A stretch of 64,000 nt of DNA. Source: a virus (Duplodnaviria > Caudoviricetes). The first letter of the stretch is position 1. Each line of letters begins with the position of its first letter. Below the pieces are notes generated by a model. The model did no database searches and was not told where the DNA came from. It saw only the letters and a program-made list of their open reading frames with translations. This document shows, piece by piece, positions 1-13,963 of the stretch. The stretch covers positions 1 through 64,000 of the IMG/VR virus record IMGVR_UViG_3300014039_000024. One strand, 5' to 3'. A program made the position numbers and the translations under genes.

Positions 1-804
1 TAAAGTGTCATTATAAGCTAAAGCATATAATTTATCACCCGTTAGATAAACAGATTTATTATTTAAGATACTTGTCAAGAAAGCAACATTATCAGGTACG
101 CCAAAGCCCGCGGATTTCTTTGAATCAATTAAACTCTCTAAATAACCAGTTAAATAATCAACAGGTTGAGCAGTAATTAAATCTTCATCAATATCTAAAG
201 TCTTATTAATAATCATTTGCGCAGGTAATGTATTAAATACATACATTAAATTATTATTATCTTTTGAATTCTTTTTAAAGAAAATAATAGAAAACTATAA
301 AGTACCAGATTCACTAGTCACTTCATCACTAATTTGCCATCCAAAAATCAATTTTCCAGCAGTTCCAATATCAGGACAAATAGCTTCAGAATAACCTTGA
401 ACTTGATCATTTAAATAATACTGGATATAAATTTTAATATCATCAGCCGCTAAATCTTGTAAATCAAAATATCTGTCAATTTGGAAATAAATTGTTTCTG
501 CTAAGTGATCGTTCTCAACAGTAAGTAATTGCGTTTTTCCAAACTCTTTAGTTAATTCAATTTGACGAGTATCAGCATTTATATTTATAATAGGCTCATC
601 TAAAGGTACGCGAAGAACAGATGGATCTAATTTCTTCATTTGAACGATACCAGTAATGTTACTATAATAGTCTTCAATAGATTTTATTTCAACGATTTTT
701 CCATTAACGTTTTTTATTGAATTATCTTTAGCTAAAGTATTGATTTTCTTTTGGAGCTCTTCCCATTTAGCTTGTTCGATAACACTATCATTTTTAACTA
801 TCAA
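1..804 (-). CDS. BppU-like baseplate/tail-tip protein (3' end runs off the window; TAG read as Gln)
   Basis: TTG start with GAAAGGA RBS; the ORF-track stop at 295 is TAG and the frame stays open to base 1; DHLAETIYFQIDRYFDLQDL..IYIQY resembles BppU N-terminal domains. Confidence 0.65.
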
Positions 805-822
805 ATCTATCTCTTCCTTTCT

Positions 823-871
823 AAAAAAATTAGGTTAAATAGTTTCTTTTCCTATTTAACCTAATTTTTTT
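823..871 (-). terminator. Long intergenic hairpin, probable terminator
   Basis: 20-bp stem AAAAAAATTAGGTTAAATAG/CTATTTAACCTAATTTTTTT with A/T runs on both sides. Confidence 0.75.
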
Positions 872-900
872 TATATTTAAATCAATGTATTCTGGCCTAT

Positions 901-1101
901 TTAAACCTCATACCATTCTTCTAATTCATCCTCGGGAACTAAAGGAGAGATGGAAAAGAATTCTTTTCCATCTCTCGTTAATTTTTTATTGTAATCCGCA
1001 ATTAATCTATATAACTTAGTCATAGGCACGCCTGCTAACTATATAGAAGATTCAATAATACCATTAGAACCCATATATCTATAAACAATTTCTTTTTCCA
1101 T
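901..1101 (-). CDS. 66-aa small protein following the giant tail-associated protein (possible fibre-assembly factor)
   Basis: ATG with GAGGA RBS, one in-frame TAG, TAA stop; MEKEIVYRYMGSNGIIESSIQLAG...EEWYEV; function inferred from position only. Confidence 0.7.
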
Positions 1102-1110
1102 AATTTATCC

Positions 1111-4100
1111 TCACTTTACAATAGGCTCTTCTTCGAAATTCGCTCTATTAGATATCATTGCTTCATAAATCTTATGCAAAGTATTTTTAACACTTTCACC
1201 ATAACTAGCAACGTAATAATATCTAAAACGACCAGTATAGCCATTAGCGACAGTAGGCATACCCGTCTAACGAGGGGTAAAAATACTACCAGAGCTATCA
1301 GCTGTAATTTGTTTAACTGGGTGTTTATTAGTACCAACCTATACTTGAATAGCGCCAGTATATCCCTTAAACTAATTACCAGACATATTTAAAATTGTCT
1401 AACCCGAAAACGCATTTACATCAAAATTAAGGATACCATCTTTACATCCTTCTATAATTAAATTATAAGGAGAATAAGAACCCATTTTACTTTGATAAAA
1501 TGCTTGAGCTCCAAAAGTTAAGCCCTCTGTAGAAGAAGAATAAGGAATTATATTATTACGACTTAAAGGACATTGATAAAATGCTTTAGTACCAATTTTC
1601 TTTAAACAATCACTAAACTGGAAATATTCTAATCCGCTATCTAAAGTAAAAGCATAATCATCTATCACAGAAATTTTATTATTATCTTTTGGAGCAAAAA
1701 ATATAGCTGTAATATTAGGATTTACTTGAATACCAACAGCGGCAGATGGATTGACTTGACTATATCTAATTCTTGTAATTGGCTAACCATTATAAATTGT
1801 AGGTAAAGTAATTTTACCTTTTAGATTTTTAGCTAAATCAGTCATCACAAATGATAGTTCTCCATCAGAAGTTATAATATCATAATACTTATGAGTAGAA
1901 TCATTAACTAAAATATTATCATAAACACTAACGGGTTCTCCAACAGCATAGAATTCACGATCTGCATAAGCTAATTGTCTTGTTAAATCAATTTTAACTC
2001 CTTCCTTATCAGCCCATCCAGTCTATTTCCAAGTCCATTCTAACGGATCTTCTCCTTCTGGTAAATCTGTTACTTCGGTATTATTAAAATAATAAAATTC
2101 GTCCGGAACAATAATTTTTTCACCATAATTAAATACTTTCTTTACAGTTGAATCATTAATAACGCGGTCACCATTAACAAAAGTAATCGTGTAAGATTTA
2201 CGTTCAAATCTTGCTTTAAAAACATAATCTATTTTATCAGATTGCAGGGATAAAGAATCCCAATTATCCTTTAAAACAACATCTTTTTCATTTACATCTT
2301 TTCCAACTGTAATTACTAATTCGCCAGTATCATCTTCCCAACCTTTGAAATTATAAGTTGGCATTTTTTCTTGCAAACTACCAAAAGAAATATAGGTTTC
2401 ACTTGAAGAATCCGTAGGATTATCAAAGAACTTAGTGCTTGATAAAGGTAATTTCTAAATCTTTAAAATCTCCTGAGTTAACACTCCATCGGTGTCTTCT
2501 TGTTCAAGGACAAACTTAGCAGAATATTCTTTCTTAACGTTCTTCACAAAAATAGTTAAATTAGGATAAATACTCTGCAGCTCTTCTTGAATTACATGTT
2601 CTTCTATTTCTTGAGTATTTTCAATATAGATAATACCAGTTATATTAGGATAAGTCTAATTAATTCCTTTAAAATAAACAGGAGCTCTATCGTACAAACT
2701 GCGTAATAAAGTATAATTAGTAACTTTACTATGGATATCATCGTATCCATTTACATTATTATCATAATAATAAATTAAATTATTTTTTATTTCACTTGGA
2801 GTGATTTTACTTACATCTTCTGCATTAACTTTTTCTAATTGGAAATGTCCATTATCTTTATAATAATCAATATTGACACTATCTAATTCTGCTTTATCAT
2901 CATTTAACAATCTATAAGGACTCCATTGAACATTAGTTAAATTAACTTCACATCCAGTTAAGCTACTTTTTTCACAACCAAGATAATAACGTCTTAATAA
3001 TTCATAAGAATAATAATCTAAATTACCACCACGGATATCAAAAGTTTTTATACTCGTTGTAATTGCGTTATCTTCAGCATCAGTTAAATTCTTAATATAT
3101 AATCCTTTATTTTCTTCTGCAACCTCAAGACGATTAGTGATAGGATTGACAGTAGGATGCGTATATTTAGTAACCAATTTAGTTAAAAGATTCGCTTCAA
3201 TTAAACTTAAATAATTCGTATAATCAGTTAAATACAAAGTATTTAAAGCAACACCTTCCGCGAACTAAACTTTAGTAACATTAGAACCAGTATTTCTAAA
3301 GTTTTCTAATTTTTCACTCTTAGTTAAATCTAAAGCCACTGGATTTAAAAATCTAATATTACAAAGATTCATTTCTTTTAATAAAGGCATACCCTCACTG
3401 GGATAACTCCAATTATTTACATCATTATTTTTATATTCTTTTCCTTCTTCAGAAAGACCATCATATCCTAACAATAAATCTACTAATTTATTAGCTTTAC
3501 CTCTAATAAACAATTCTTGGAAATATAATTTACTTAAATCTCCAAGAGATTTCATCTACTCTAAGCCATAAATATAATATAATTGTTCGCGATAATTACC
3601 GCTTGACATAATACCTTTCTTTAAGTCTGGAGCAGTAAATCTAACAGGAGTTAAACCATCATATTTCTAAGATGGGAAATTCGCTCCATCAGTTCCAACA
3701 GTAACATAAGAACGACGAGCAGGTTCCATTTCAATCCAATATTCACCATCAAACATATGATTTTTAGTGCCAAATTCACGATCATCTTTCCAATATTGAG
3801 AATTGGTTATTAAATTAGTTAAACCTTGATTATTAGTTCCTTCAATCCATTCATCAGATGTAGTATTCGGATTGTTGGCAGAAATACGACTTATAATATT
3901 ATTACTACCACTATCTCCAGAATATTCATCAACTGTTAACCAAGAGTCAATGTAATTAAGACGATTAGTTAAGAACTGTGAACGATAGAGATTGCGGTCA
4001 CCCTATAAAGCATAGAAATACTAATCACTTTCTATTTCATACTAGCCACCATTGGTGATACGACCGAAAATAGTGTCTTTAGCTGCTGAATTAGTTGGAA

Positions 4101-7100
4101 TAATATATTTATATTCTTCATCTAAATCTAAAGCAATAATAGGACGTTCTCCCTATACGGCATAACTCCCAGGGAATAAAGAAGGATCTGTTTTATACCA
4201 TTTATCAACAACGTCACTCTTTTTAGAAGAAGTACCAGATTCTTTTTTGAAAATTTGTTTTACTTGACTCTAGTCATAAGACCCATTTGGTTTACCCATT
4301 AATTGTTTATACTTATCAACAATTTTACTTTTAAAGAAAGTATAAAAATTATTCCATAATACGCTATCATTAGTAGAATAGCTACCATCTTCAGTAGCAT
4401 CAACATAATATTCGAATGATGGAATACCAGTATTATTAATACCTAATTGGGTATCAATATCATAAAAAATAGGATACCAAATATAATGTTGAATTCCAGT
4501 AACTTTTTCAATATTTCCTTTTTGTGGTCCCCAAGAAGCAAACATTGCATTTTTGCCACGAGAGTCATAGCATTCAAAAATTTCAGTCATTAAGAAATAA
4601 GTCGCTAAATATTCAATATTAAAATAATTACTTAATTCATTTTTAAACTTAGCTTGACGATATTCTTTACTATCTTTTGTATAAGTAACTGAATTATAAA
4701 TTATTGGCGTAGGTAATAACCATCTATTGTCAATTTGATTTTCATCTTCAATAAAAGAATAATAAGTAGTATAAGGATTATATTTTTCAGAATCTAAAAC
4801 ATAAATTTTATTATCCTAATCCTATAAAATATAATATTTATTTATCTAATAAACTTTGCTATCATCGTCAGTTAATTTAATTATACTATAAACTTTATTA
4901 TCTTTATTATAAGCATAATATTTTTCTTCTGAGTCAAATTCTTCTGTAGCAATTTTATAAATTTCGCTACCATTTTCATCAACTTTATCAAATAAATAAT
5001 ATTTATTTAGCTCATATTTAGCCTCAGCTAAATCTATTTCTTCGTATTTGCCCATTGAAGGAATTTCATATAAAGTCCCATCAAAATCAATACTGCAATC
5101 TAAGCAAGTACTCCACACCCAACTTACAGCATCTTCCCAATTTGACATTAGTGCAAGAAGTAATTCACGAGAAGTATTTCTATTTTTCATATCAAATATA
5201 ATAGGATCTTGTCCTGGATTAGTAATAGTCCATTGTTTATGTTCTGTTCCAGTAGATTCGTCAACAATATTTTCTGATTTTAATCTATTTGGAACTGTAT
5301 TTTTTATTTCATCAGTAAATTCAATTATTTTATTTGTGTCTGTGGCTTCAGCAGAAACGCAATTAAATAATTTATCTGCAATTAAATCATCATTAGAATT
5401 ATATCTAACTTCAAAAGAATCAGCGACCATTGGAGCTCCACCAGAAGTCAAATAACCTGTTGGATTATTATCATCCATTAACGGAGGTCTAAAAGACAAT
5501 TTATATCTATTCCAAGGGTCACGAAAAGAACAATAAGTTCTTGAGTTATTCTAAAATTCCCAGCATTCAGCAATATCTCTTACTTTTGGAGTTCCTTCAA
5601 TTTGATTCTATAAAACTTTTTTATTTGGTTTAAACCCAAAACATTCGTCAGAACCTTTATCTAATAACATATTATATTTTCCGATATAAATAATGTCATT
5701 TTCACTGTATTCATTATCATCAGTTGAAGGCCAATGGAAAGCTAAAACCGGGTATCCTTTTATAGAAGTTCTATAGTCATCAATATCTCCATATAAATCA
5801 TATTTATCAAAAGAATCCTAATAATCTTCTACTGGATGTTTAGAATAAGTTTCGTTAACTAAATTGGCGAATCCTCTATTATAATCTCCAGAAGATTCCA
5901 TAAAGTCAATCTTTAAAGTAAATTTAGTAGTACCAACAGTATTATTATCCATATAGAAAAATTCAAGATAACTTTTACTTTTTGTGTTTAAACTATCACT
6001 ATCTTCCTCTTCTTTATAAATAGATTCGAAAGGTCCTCTATTCATAAACATAGCTTCTTTACATTTAGCCTTATAATTACGTCTTGGATAATTACGCGAA
6101 GAAGTTCCCTAAACCTAAAAGGTTGCTCCATCAAAAAGCGTTATAAAACTAGGGCAATGATGTAAATAATAATTCTACACCGCAGTATATTTTACTTCAT
6201 TAGTTTCATCATCTATTACCGGTTTCCAACCTTCTTTTTCAACTATTTTATCAAGTTCGCCCTTAGCATAAGCAGTATCTAACGGAACATTTACAAATTC
6301 CATTGTTCCTTTTTGAGCACCATTATCTTTAGAATACGGGAGTCTATTATCAGTGCTTTCACTGTTATTTTTAGTAGTTTTTAAAATAATATATGGCATC
6401 AATGGTTTATCAGCATGCTCAGTATTGTAATCAAGCATTTTACGATAAGAGAAAACATAATCATTTAAAATAGTATTATAGTCATATAAATCTTTCTAAT
6501 CCCATTGATCGATATCTTTTTTATCAAAAGCATAATTCTAAACTACATCAGGAATAGTTAAGCTAGCATCATAAACTCTAATACTATAAATATCAATATC
6601 ACAAGTATTAGACATAAATTTAATAGTATCAGAATCAATAGTCCAAGCAGAACTACCAGAACGACGAGCCACACTTGTCAATACTCCATTTAAGAAAATT
6701 TCTAATAATTTAGAATCTCCACCTGTATTACTAGGTTTAGAACTTGTATAAACAAATGTTAAATATAACATTTCATCTTCTACGAAATCTACTGAAACAG
6801 TTTCTTCACCGCCATTAGCAGTAAATGTAGCATCTTGTGGACTAAAATAAATGCCTAAAGGACTTTTTAAAGATCCATAAGCACAAACAAGATTATTTAA
6901 ATTAAAATCTTGATCTAAGCCATTATAAGTTAATTCATCGTAACTTGGAGCTTCTGGATGTTCTGGCAAATATTTTTTTGTTAAAAATTCATCATAATTA
7001 ACATAAGTGGTCTAACCTTTAAATGCCTCCCAAGCATCTTTATCAGTCCAAGACTTTCCAGATTCATCACTTGCTTTATATCGTGTATATTTAGTAATTA

Positions 7101-8805
7101 CTTTAGAATAATTTTGTGGATTTCTAATTTTAAATTGAATTTCAATACTATGCGTAGGAGTAGAAGAACTATTATCAAAAGATAACTATCCAATAGGGAT
7201 AGAAACTTCAGCACCATTACTGACTCTTAAACAAGTAGTATTATTATCATCAAAAACCCAACCATTATTATACCAATTAAAGTTTTTAAATTTCGCATAT
7301 TTACCATTAATTTCTAATGTTTCACGACTTAATTTACTTTCAGAATTAGAACGCCCAGTAGCGACAAAATTAACTTTTAAGTCATTACTTCTAGCCAATT
7401 CCATATTTCTTAATGGATCTATTTTAATTGTAAAAGTAAAATTACGAGAATAATCATATGGTTCAGTTCCCACTTTAATTGTATAATAAGAACTATCATT
7501 AACAGAAAGATTAGTAATTTCCCAATATTGCCATTCATTCTAATCAGTAACTTCACGAGTACTTAATAAAACACCATTTTTATATAAACTAACTTTCGCG
7601 GTCGTTACATTAGGATCATACACCCTAAAAGGAATCTTAATCGTTTCATAAGTATAATACTCAGTTTTAAAATCACCAGTCCAAATTAAGGGAGTTTTAC
7701 TACTTCTATCTAAAATAACAATTTCTTTCTCAATAAAATCAGTACCATTCCCTTTTTCACCACTATTAACTAAATAAAGTTTAGCTTTAATAGTATGCTC
7801 TCCGTGAAGGAAATAATTTGCTAAAGTCATTGTAGAATCATTATTATTGTTTAAAATAACAGTATTTTTTGTTATAGTAATACTATCTTCATTTCTAGTA
7901 TTAGTACTACTATATTCTTTATCTAAAACTAAATAATTATCAAAATAAACTTCAATAGCACTATTTACTTTATCAGACATTAACCAAGTAACATTAATTT
8001 GACCATTATCAAAAGGTAAATCATTATTAAATTTACTTTCTTGCCATTGAAGAGCTAATTCATGTGTAGTTACAAATTGAGTTTTCTTAGTGGTAGAAAA
8101 ATGGTTATTAATAGGATCACTATTTTTACTAACAATAAACTCAATTTCATGCGTAGAAGAATTTCTTAAATAAGCAGAAATATCAGTAGTAATTGGCTTA
8201 TTATGCTGATAAGTTTTTGCTTCACTGTAAATATCTTCCCAAGAACCATCACTCTTTTTCTATCTAATAGTCAAAGTGCCTTCAACAGAATCAAGAACCG
8301 GTTCTCCATTTATTGTTCTACATTTTACAAGCGCGATTACACTCACTGATTCACCATTAAGTACATCAGTGGGGCCATCTAAAGTCAAAGAAACAGTACC
8401 ATTTACTTTAATTTCTTGTTCTTGACTTCCGCCACCTGCCAATAGTTTTTCACAACTCGCGACTTCTTCTTTATCATCATTTAATTTAAATTCTTTAATG
8501 CGATAAAATGCTCCATCGCTATTTAAAATTAAATCATTTACATGAGGATTAGAACTTGATAAATTAGATAAACGAATTGAATAGCCAATCGGATTTTCAT
8601 CCGCATCATAATCAATTCCGACTTCTTTCTCAGTTCCATAAATTACCTAAACGCCGCTTGAGCCTATTGGTATTTTATTTTCAGTCGCTGTATCTAAATA
8701 AACTCGTCCTGTATCTGTTGCCACATAAAAATATCCATCAGTTTGCGGATATGCCTTTATTTTTTCTTCTGACCCCTAAACGGGACGAAAATGTATTTTA
8801 GACAT
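1111..8805 (-). CDS. 2564-aa giant virion-associated protein: LamG/ConA-like + CotH-like kinase fold + LRR-like + InlB B-repeat/BspA-type LRR
   Basis: ATG at 8805 with GAAAGGAG RBS; 13 minus-strand ORF-track fragments share one frame and are joined by TAG; TGA at 1111; motifs LTFVY..EIFLNG..DIYSIRVY (LamG), QGTSSRNYPRRNYK, LKIDFMESS, DSRGKN, YDIDTQLG (CotH-like), YNFKGW, IDDYAF..IGTKAFYQC. Confidence 0.8.
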
Positions 8806-8825
8806 AATTTACTCCTTTCTATCCT

Positions 8826-8866
8826 AAAAAAAAATATGGGGAAAGAATATTTCATCTTTCCCCATA
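8826..8866 (-). terminator. Rho-independent terminator
   Basis: 12-bp stem TATGGGGAAAGA/TCTTTCCCCATA followed by a U-run on the minus strand. Confidence 0.75.
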
Positions 8867-8924
8867 AAAACATTCTTCTATATAAAATAGAAAAAATTAT
8901 AATTATTATTAAATAATATTGCCC

Positions 8925-10574
8925 TTAGAACTCTCCCCACTCTAACTCAAAACTGACTTTGGCATCATCAGTTTTAGTAGCTGCGGAAACATTAACTTTT
9001 AAACTATCACTAGCGAAAACAAGTGGTTTACCTTCAAGATCAGCACCAGCAACTTTAAGAACAGGAATTAAAGTATCAGTACCATTTACGCCATAATCTG
9101 CACTAGCAATTTCTTGATGAGTATTCTTTACAGTAAAAGTCTTTTGTGTAGATTTAATTATGTGGCCTTGAGCATCAATCTCAGTTGGTTCATTAATAAC
9201 AATAGTCTACTCATCAGCATACTCTTGAGAAACGGGAGTATTTACAGTTAAAGAATTACTATGTTTAATAGTAACTTCTTTTACTACTGAACCCTTTTGG
9301 GCTTTTACTTCTAATTCAATGCCTTCATCGCCACGAAGGACATAACTTAGAAGTTCTTTAGTAGAACCAAGCTTAATAATAAATCCAGCATTACTGCTAT
9401 CATCAGCACCTTCGACCTCAGTGACGGGATCATCTGCGGAAGGAACATAAGTCCAACTAACAGTACCAGTAATAACACCATCAACTTCTTCACCAGAAGC
9501 GATAATTAAATCACCAGGACGTAAATAATGACCATTCCAAAGAGTATCTTCAGCACCAGTATAAATAAAGGTATTACCTTCAGCAATTTCAGTAATATCA
9601 GCACTGTCATAAATAATAGCTCCATCTTTAACTTGGAATCCACCACGGAATACCATAGCATTAACGGCTCTAAGCTAGTTATCAATATCTTGCTTACTAT
9701 AAACAGGAAGAGTTAAAACACCATTATCAAATTTATAACTACCATCTTTACCCTCTAACACAATCTCAGGATCAATATCAGCAGATAAAGTTGTACTACT
9801 ATTTTCTCCCTCAACTCCAGGGCCGCTGATAGATGCAGTAAAACCAGTGCCAGTAGCATGGTTAACTATATCAATACCATTGACTGCTTTATCAACACTT
9901 AAAGTATAATTGCCCGCAGAACTTTCAGCAATATTAACATTACTGCCAGCAATAATATTAAATTTACCAGCATCTTCATTATCATTTTTTAGATTAACAT
10001 TTAAAGTTTTATTACTTAAAGAAGAATTTAATTGATAATTAATTCCTTTTAAGCTAAGCTTAATAGTATCTACGCTTTTATCATCTGTCGCAGGAACTGC
10101 TTCAACTTGGATATAGTCACTACCAATAATATCATAAGTCTCAGTAATAATATTACCACTACTATCAGAAATAGTATTGGTAATAGAAGCTCCATTAGCA
10201 TTATTGGGGCTGGTATCTACTGATACATTACTAGCTTCTTTATCAGTATCTAAAACAGTATCGGTATTGGTCTAAATCCAACCATTACCATTATTAATAC
10301 ATAAAATATTTTTATCTTTTACATAATAAAATTCTCCAACAGTAAGAGCACTTGAGGTAATAGGTAAATCCGCGGTTGAATCTACAATATTAATACCTTG
10401 ATTTACAGGGACACAATTATTCGCATCCACGCCGTAGTAAAGACGACTCGGCTTCTTATAATCTTCAGCATTGCTGTCAGAATCATTAATTACTAAATAA
10501 AACGCACCAGCTTTATATCTACCAGCCACACGTTCAAATTCGGTTTGAGAACCTTTTAAAAACTTAACGTTCAA
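8925..10574 (-). CDS. 549-aa tail fibre/tail-tip structural protein
   Basis: TTG start with AAGGAG RBS; fragments 10272-10574 and 9207-9656 in frame via TAG; TAA at 8925; N-terminal VKFLKGSQ..FYL motif paralogous to neighbours; ends ELEWGEF. Confidence 0.7.
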
Positions 10575-10588
10575 TCTTTTTCACTCCT

Positions 10589-11167
10589 TTAAATATCCGC
10601 CCAAGAAACAGTTTGCTCAACCGCTTCAACACGAGTTACTAAATTATCAGAACCTTTATCTACTAAATACTTGTTCGCTGCGTTAATCGCTTCAATATCC
10701 CCCTGAGTTAATGTTCCTACTGGGACATCAATCCAAGTACCAGCATCAGTAAGAATTTGCTTTCCTTTTGTTTCTTTTAAAGAAACTGGAACAAGACCAG
10801 AAACCGTTCCAGTAAATACAGGAGCTAATTTAGCTAAATTCTCGTCAGTAGATAATTTTTCAACAATAGAATTAATTAAAGTCTCATTATTTTCTAAGCC
10901 CTAATTAACCCATTTTTTCTGTTCTTCATTATAAATTAAAACTTGATTTGCTTCAACTTCATTAAGAACAATATCGCTTAAATCACTTAATTTGCCAGCA
11001 GAACTAACTCCACCGCAAATTAAACGTTCACCTAAATAAAGTTCACCAGATAATTCGTTTTCATCATAAATAAAATATAAAGTATCATTATCCTTTTGAG
11101 CTAAAGCTTCAAAGGCAGTTTTAGAGCCTCTGACAAATTTTACATATTTATTTAAAATATCTGCCAA
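10589..11167 (-). CDS. 192-aa tail-tip structural protein
   Basis: TTG start with AAGGAG RBS; TAG at 10901 read through to TAA at 10589; VKFVRGS..KDNDTLYFI motif typical of phage fibre/adaptor N-termini. Confidence 0.7.
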
Positions 11168-11215
11168 AATGATCGACTCCTTTCTATTATTTATAAAATC
11201 TTTTTAATCAATACT

Positions 11216-11247
11216 AAAAGGGTTTGGCCTATTAAGACCAAACCCTT
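11216..11247 (-). terminator. Rho-independent terminator
   Basis: Stem AAGGGTTTGG/CCAAACCCTT just after the TAA at 11257, short U-run. Confidence 0.65.
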
Positions 11248-11256
11248 ATATTTAAA

Positions 11257-13602
11257 TTAAGTAGTTTCAGTTGGAGCGTCTGTATTATTTGAGTTATTTT
11301 TTAAAGCATCAACATCAGTTCTTAATCCAGTAATTAAATCATTTAACTCATTATCTTTAGTTTTTAATGCTTCAATAATAGTATTTAACTCACTATCTTT
11401 ATCCTATAATGTTTTAATGGTTTCATTTAATTCTACATTTTTATTTTGTAATGCAACAATTAAATCAAACATTCCTACTATTGTTCTGGCACCATTATCC
11501 CCAGAATTAGCATTGTATGTAAGACCACGAACCGCATTTTCATTTAATTTGCTATTTACTAAAGTATTTAATGATTCAACAGTACCTGTATAATTACCTA
11601 AAATAGCAGTTTTTAAAGTATTTAAACTATTCATAGTAGCAACTTTATTACTAATGCTATATTCTCCATCAAAGGTAATAGGTAAATCACTTACTTGTAG
11701 AGCACTTCTTGATACATTAATTAAACCATCTTTCTCAGTTACAGCAGTAACAAACTATTTATCAACTTTATTATCATCTTTATCTAAACTATCAATAGTC
11801 TATTTAATACTATAAGCAACAGAATTTTCAACTGAAGCATTACCATTTAAAGTATCAATTTTACTACTTAAACCGCTAATACTATCTCTATCGGCATTAA
11901 TACCTTGTTTTAATCCATAAAGAGTTGGGATAGTACCTTTACCGAAACTATTGGTAGAATCACCCAATAAAGTGTTATATTTACTATCACTATTATCAAT
12001 TAATTTATTAATAACATCATTTAAAAGAGTATCTTTAGTAATTGTGCTTAATTTATTATTAGTAATATATTTAGCGCCTAATGGCAAAGTTCCCAAAGAA
12101 GTTTGTGTACATAATAACTCGCCTTCATTATCTAAAGATACATCAGTAGTTACATCAAGTATATTAAAAGTAGAATCATAATCCTTAGCTGTTGCATATT
12201 TAGTAGTTAAATCAGGTAAACTTATAGTTAATTTATGTTCGTCCACTACGTGTCCTGCTCTATCTACGGAAATTTTTGGAATAGTAAAAAAGCCACCAAA
12301 CTCAGGTACAACTATATTATTAAAATCCCCACCAATATTTTTAATTGCTTTTTTACTATCAGCATCATTATGAGCAAGCTTAATAGCCCCACTATTTTTT
12401 TCAATATCAGCATCTACTGAAATTAAATTATCTCCTTCAATAGTAGCAGATTTCATATAATTATCATTAATACTACTATCAGTTTCAGTAGAAAAATAAA
12501 TAAGTTTATTAGTTTCTAATTTATCTAAACTCATTTTTCTATTAAGAGTATTTAAAGCGCCCTTAATATTAGTTTTATCAAAATTAGTGGTAGAATCATC
12601 ACGGTTTTGACCATAAAGTAAATCATAGGTATCGCACACTGCATTACCAAGAGCAGGAAGTTTTATAGTAAGAGATTTGCGGTCGTAGCCATCCTCAATT
12701 GGTTCACCTGTGACATTATCTGCTTCAGCATCGTAATAAAACTGATATCCAGACTAACTAAGTTTATAATTAATAGCATTCTCTGTTTCATCATCACGAG
12801 AATGTTTTGTCTTACTAAATCCTTCTTTATTATAATAAATATTATTTTCATCTAAATCAAGTTGAAAATTAGTTGGTACTCTTAATTTATAAAGTAAATT
12901 TGTACTACTTTCATCTGAGGTAATTGCAGGTGCAATTTGACTCTTTAAATAATAGGTGCGTCCTTCAATTTTAGTTTCACTATTATCTAATTTATAATGA
13001 CTATCAATTTCATCATAATAATAATATTTATTAGGCTCATATACAACACTCGTGTCATCAATTACAACATAAGGATCTTGAGGAAGCAATGGATAAATAG
13101 CAAAATTAGGAACAACCGTATTTAATTCAGCAATTTGAACATAAGTCTCTTGATTATTAATATACTGTTTTATCCAGACTGTAGAATCATAGCCACGTCC
13201 ATAAACAGGATAATCTATTTGATAATTTAAATTATACTATTCATCATCAACTCTATCATTAGTAATTCTAGTAAGATACTTCCACTCTTTAGTTCCACTT
13301 GCAGTTACATTTCCTACGTATAAATACCACTGATTACTTCTTTTAACCTTTACTAATTTTCCATTTTCACATAAAATAATATGAGAATCACTTCTGTCAG
13401 AAGGATCATCATACATAATTTTATTATCAAGATATCCTACTATGTACTATGTGGCGGGGAGACCGTACTCAACTAAAACATAACGACCTAAAAATATTCC
13501 ATCACTAGTACAACTGTTATCCATCTAAAGTCTATTACTATAGATTTTATCGAAAGTAAAGGTTGTTTTTGAAGTGTTAGTTATATTACCATAAAAACCC
13601 AT
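11257..13602 (-). CDS. 781-aa tail-associated structural protein with C-terminal coiled coil
   Basis: ATG at 13602 with GAGGAGG RBS; fragments 12754-13089, 11800-12639 and 11404-11634 all in frame via TAG; TAA at 11257. Confidence 0.75.
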
Positions 13603-13604
13603 TA

Positions 13605-13949
13605 TCAACCCTCCTCAAATAAATAATCTATAATAAGATATGCTTCTTGATTTTGATTAATCAAATTCATAGAGCTTCTATCAAATTTAATCAAATTAAT
13701 AGTAGAAATACCCTCTAAATCTAATTCATAAATACCAGTATTTCCAACAATGATAGCATTATTGCTATCATTTAAATAAAATTTCGTTCCTGGTAAGGTC
13801 TGAATACCAAGTTGAGTAATTAATACATTCTAGTTATTATTTTTAAATGCCGTTCCTGTAATTAATTTACTCATATTAACATCACTTGGGTAATTCTTGG
13901 AGCTAAGACCTTCACCATAATAACGAATCTATCTTATCTTTCTTGCCAT
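13605..13949 (-). CDS. 114-aa hypothetical tail-module protein
   Basis: ATG with AAGGAGG RBS; invisible in the ORF track because codon 7 is TAG; MARKIRQIRYYG...DYLFEEG, TGA stop. Confidence 0.75.
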
Positions 13950-13963
13950 TTTAGTGGTCCTCC

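Noticed and set aside
11190-11205. T4-like late promoter TATAAATA
   Set aside because: I noted one exact intergenic match and only loose TATA-like variants elsewhere; not distinguishable from AT-rich background by eye.
1111-13602. Diversity-generating retroelement target/template repeats in fibre genes
   Set aside because: No near-identical repeat pair with adenine-specific mismatches and no reverse transcriptase noticed.
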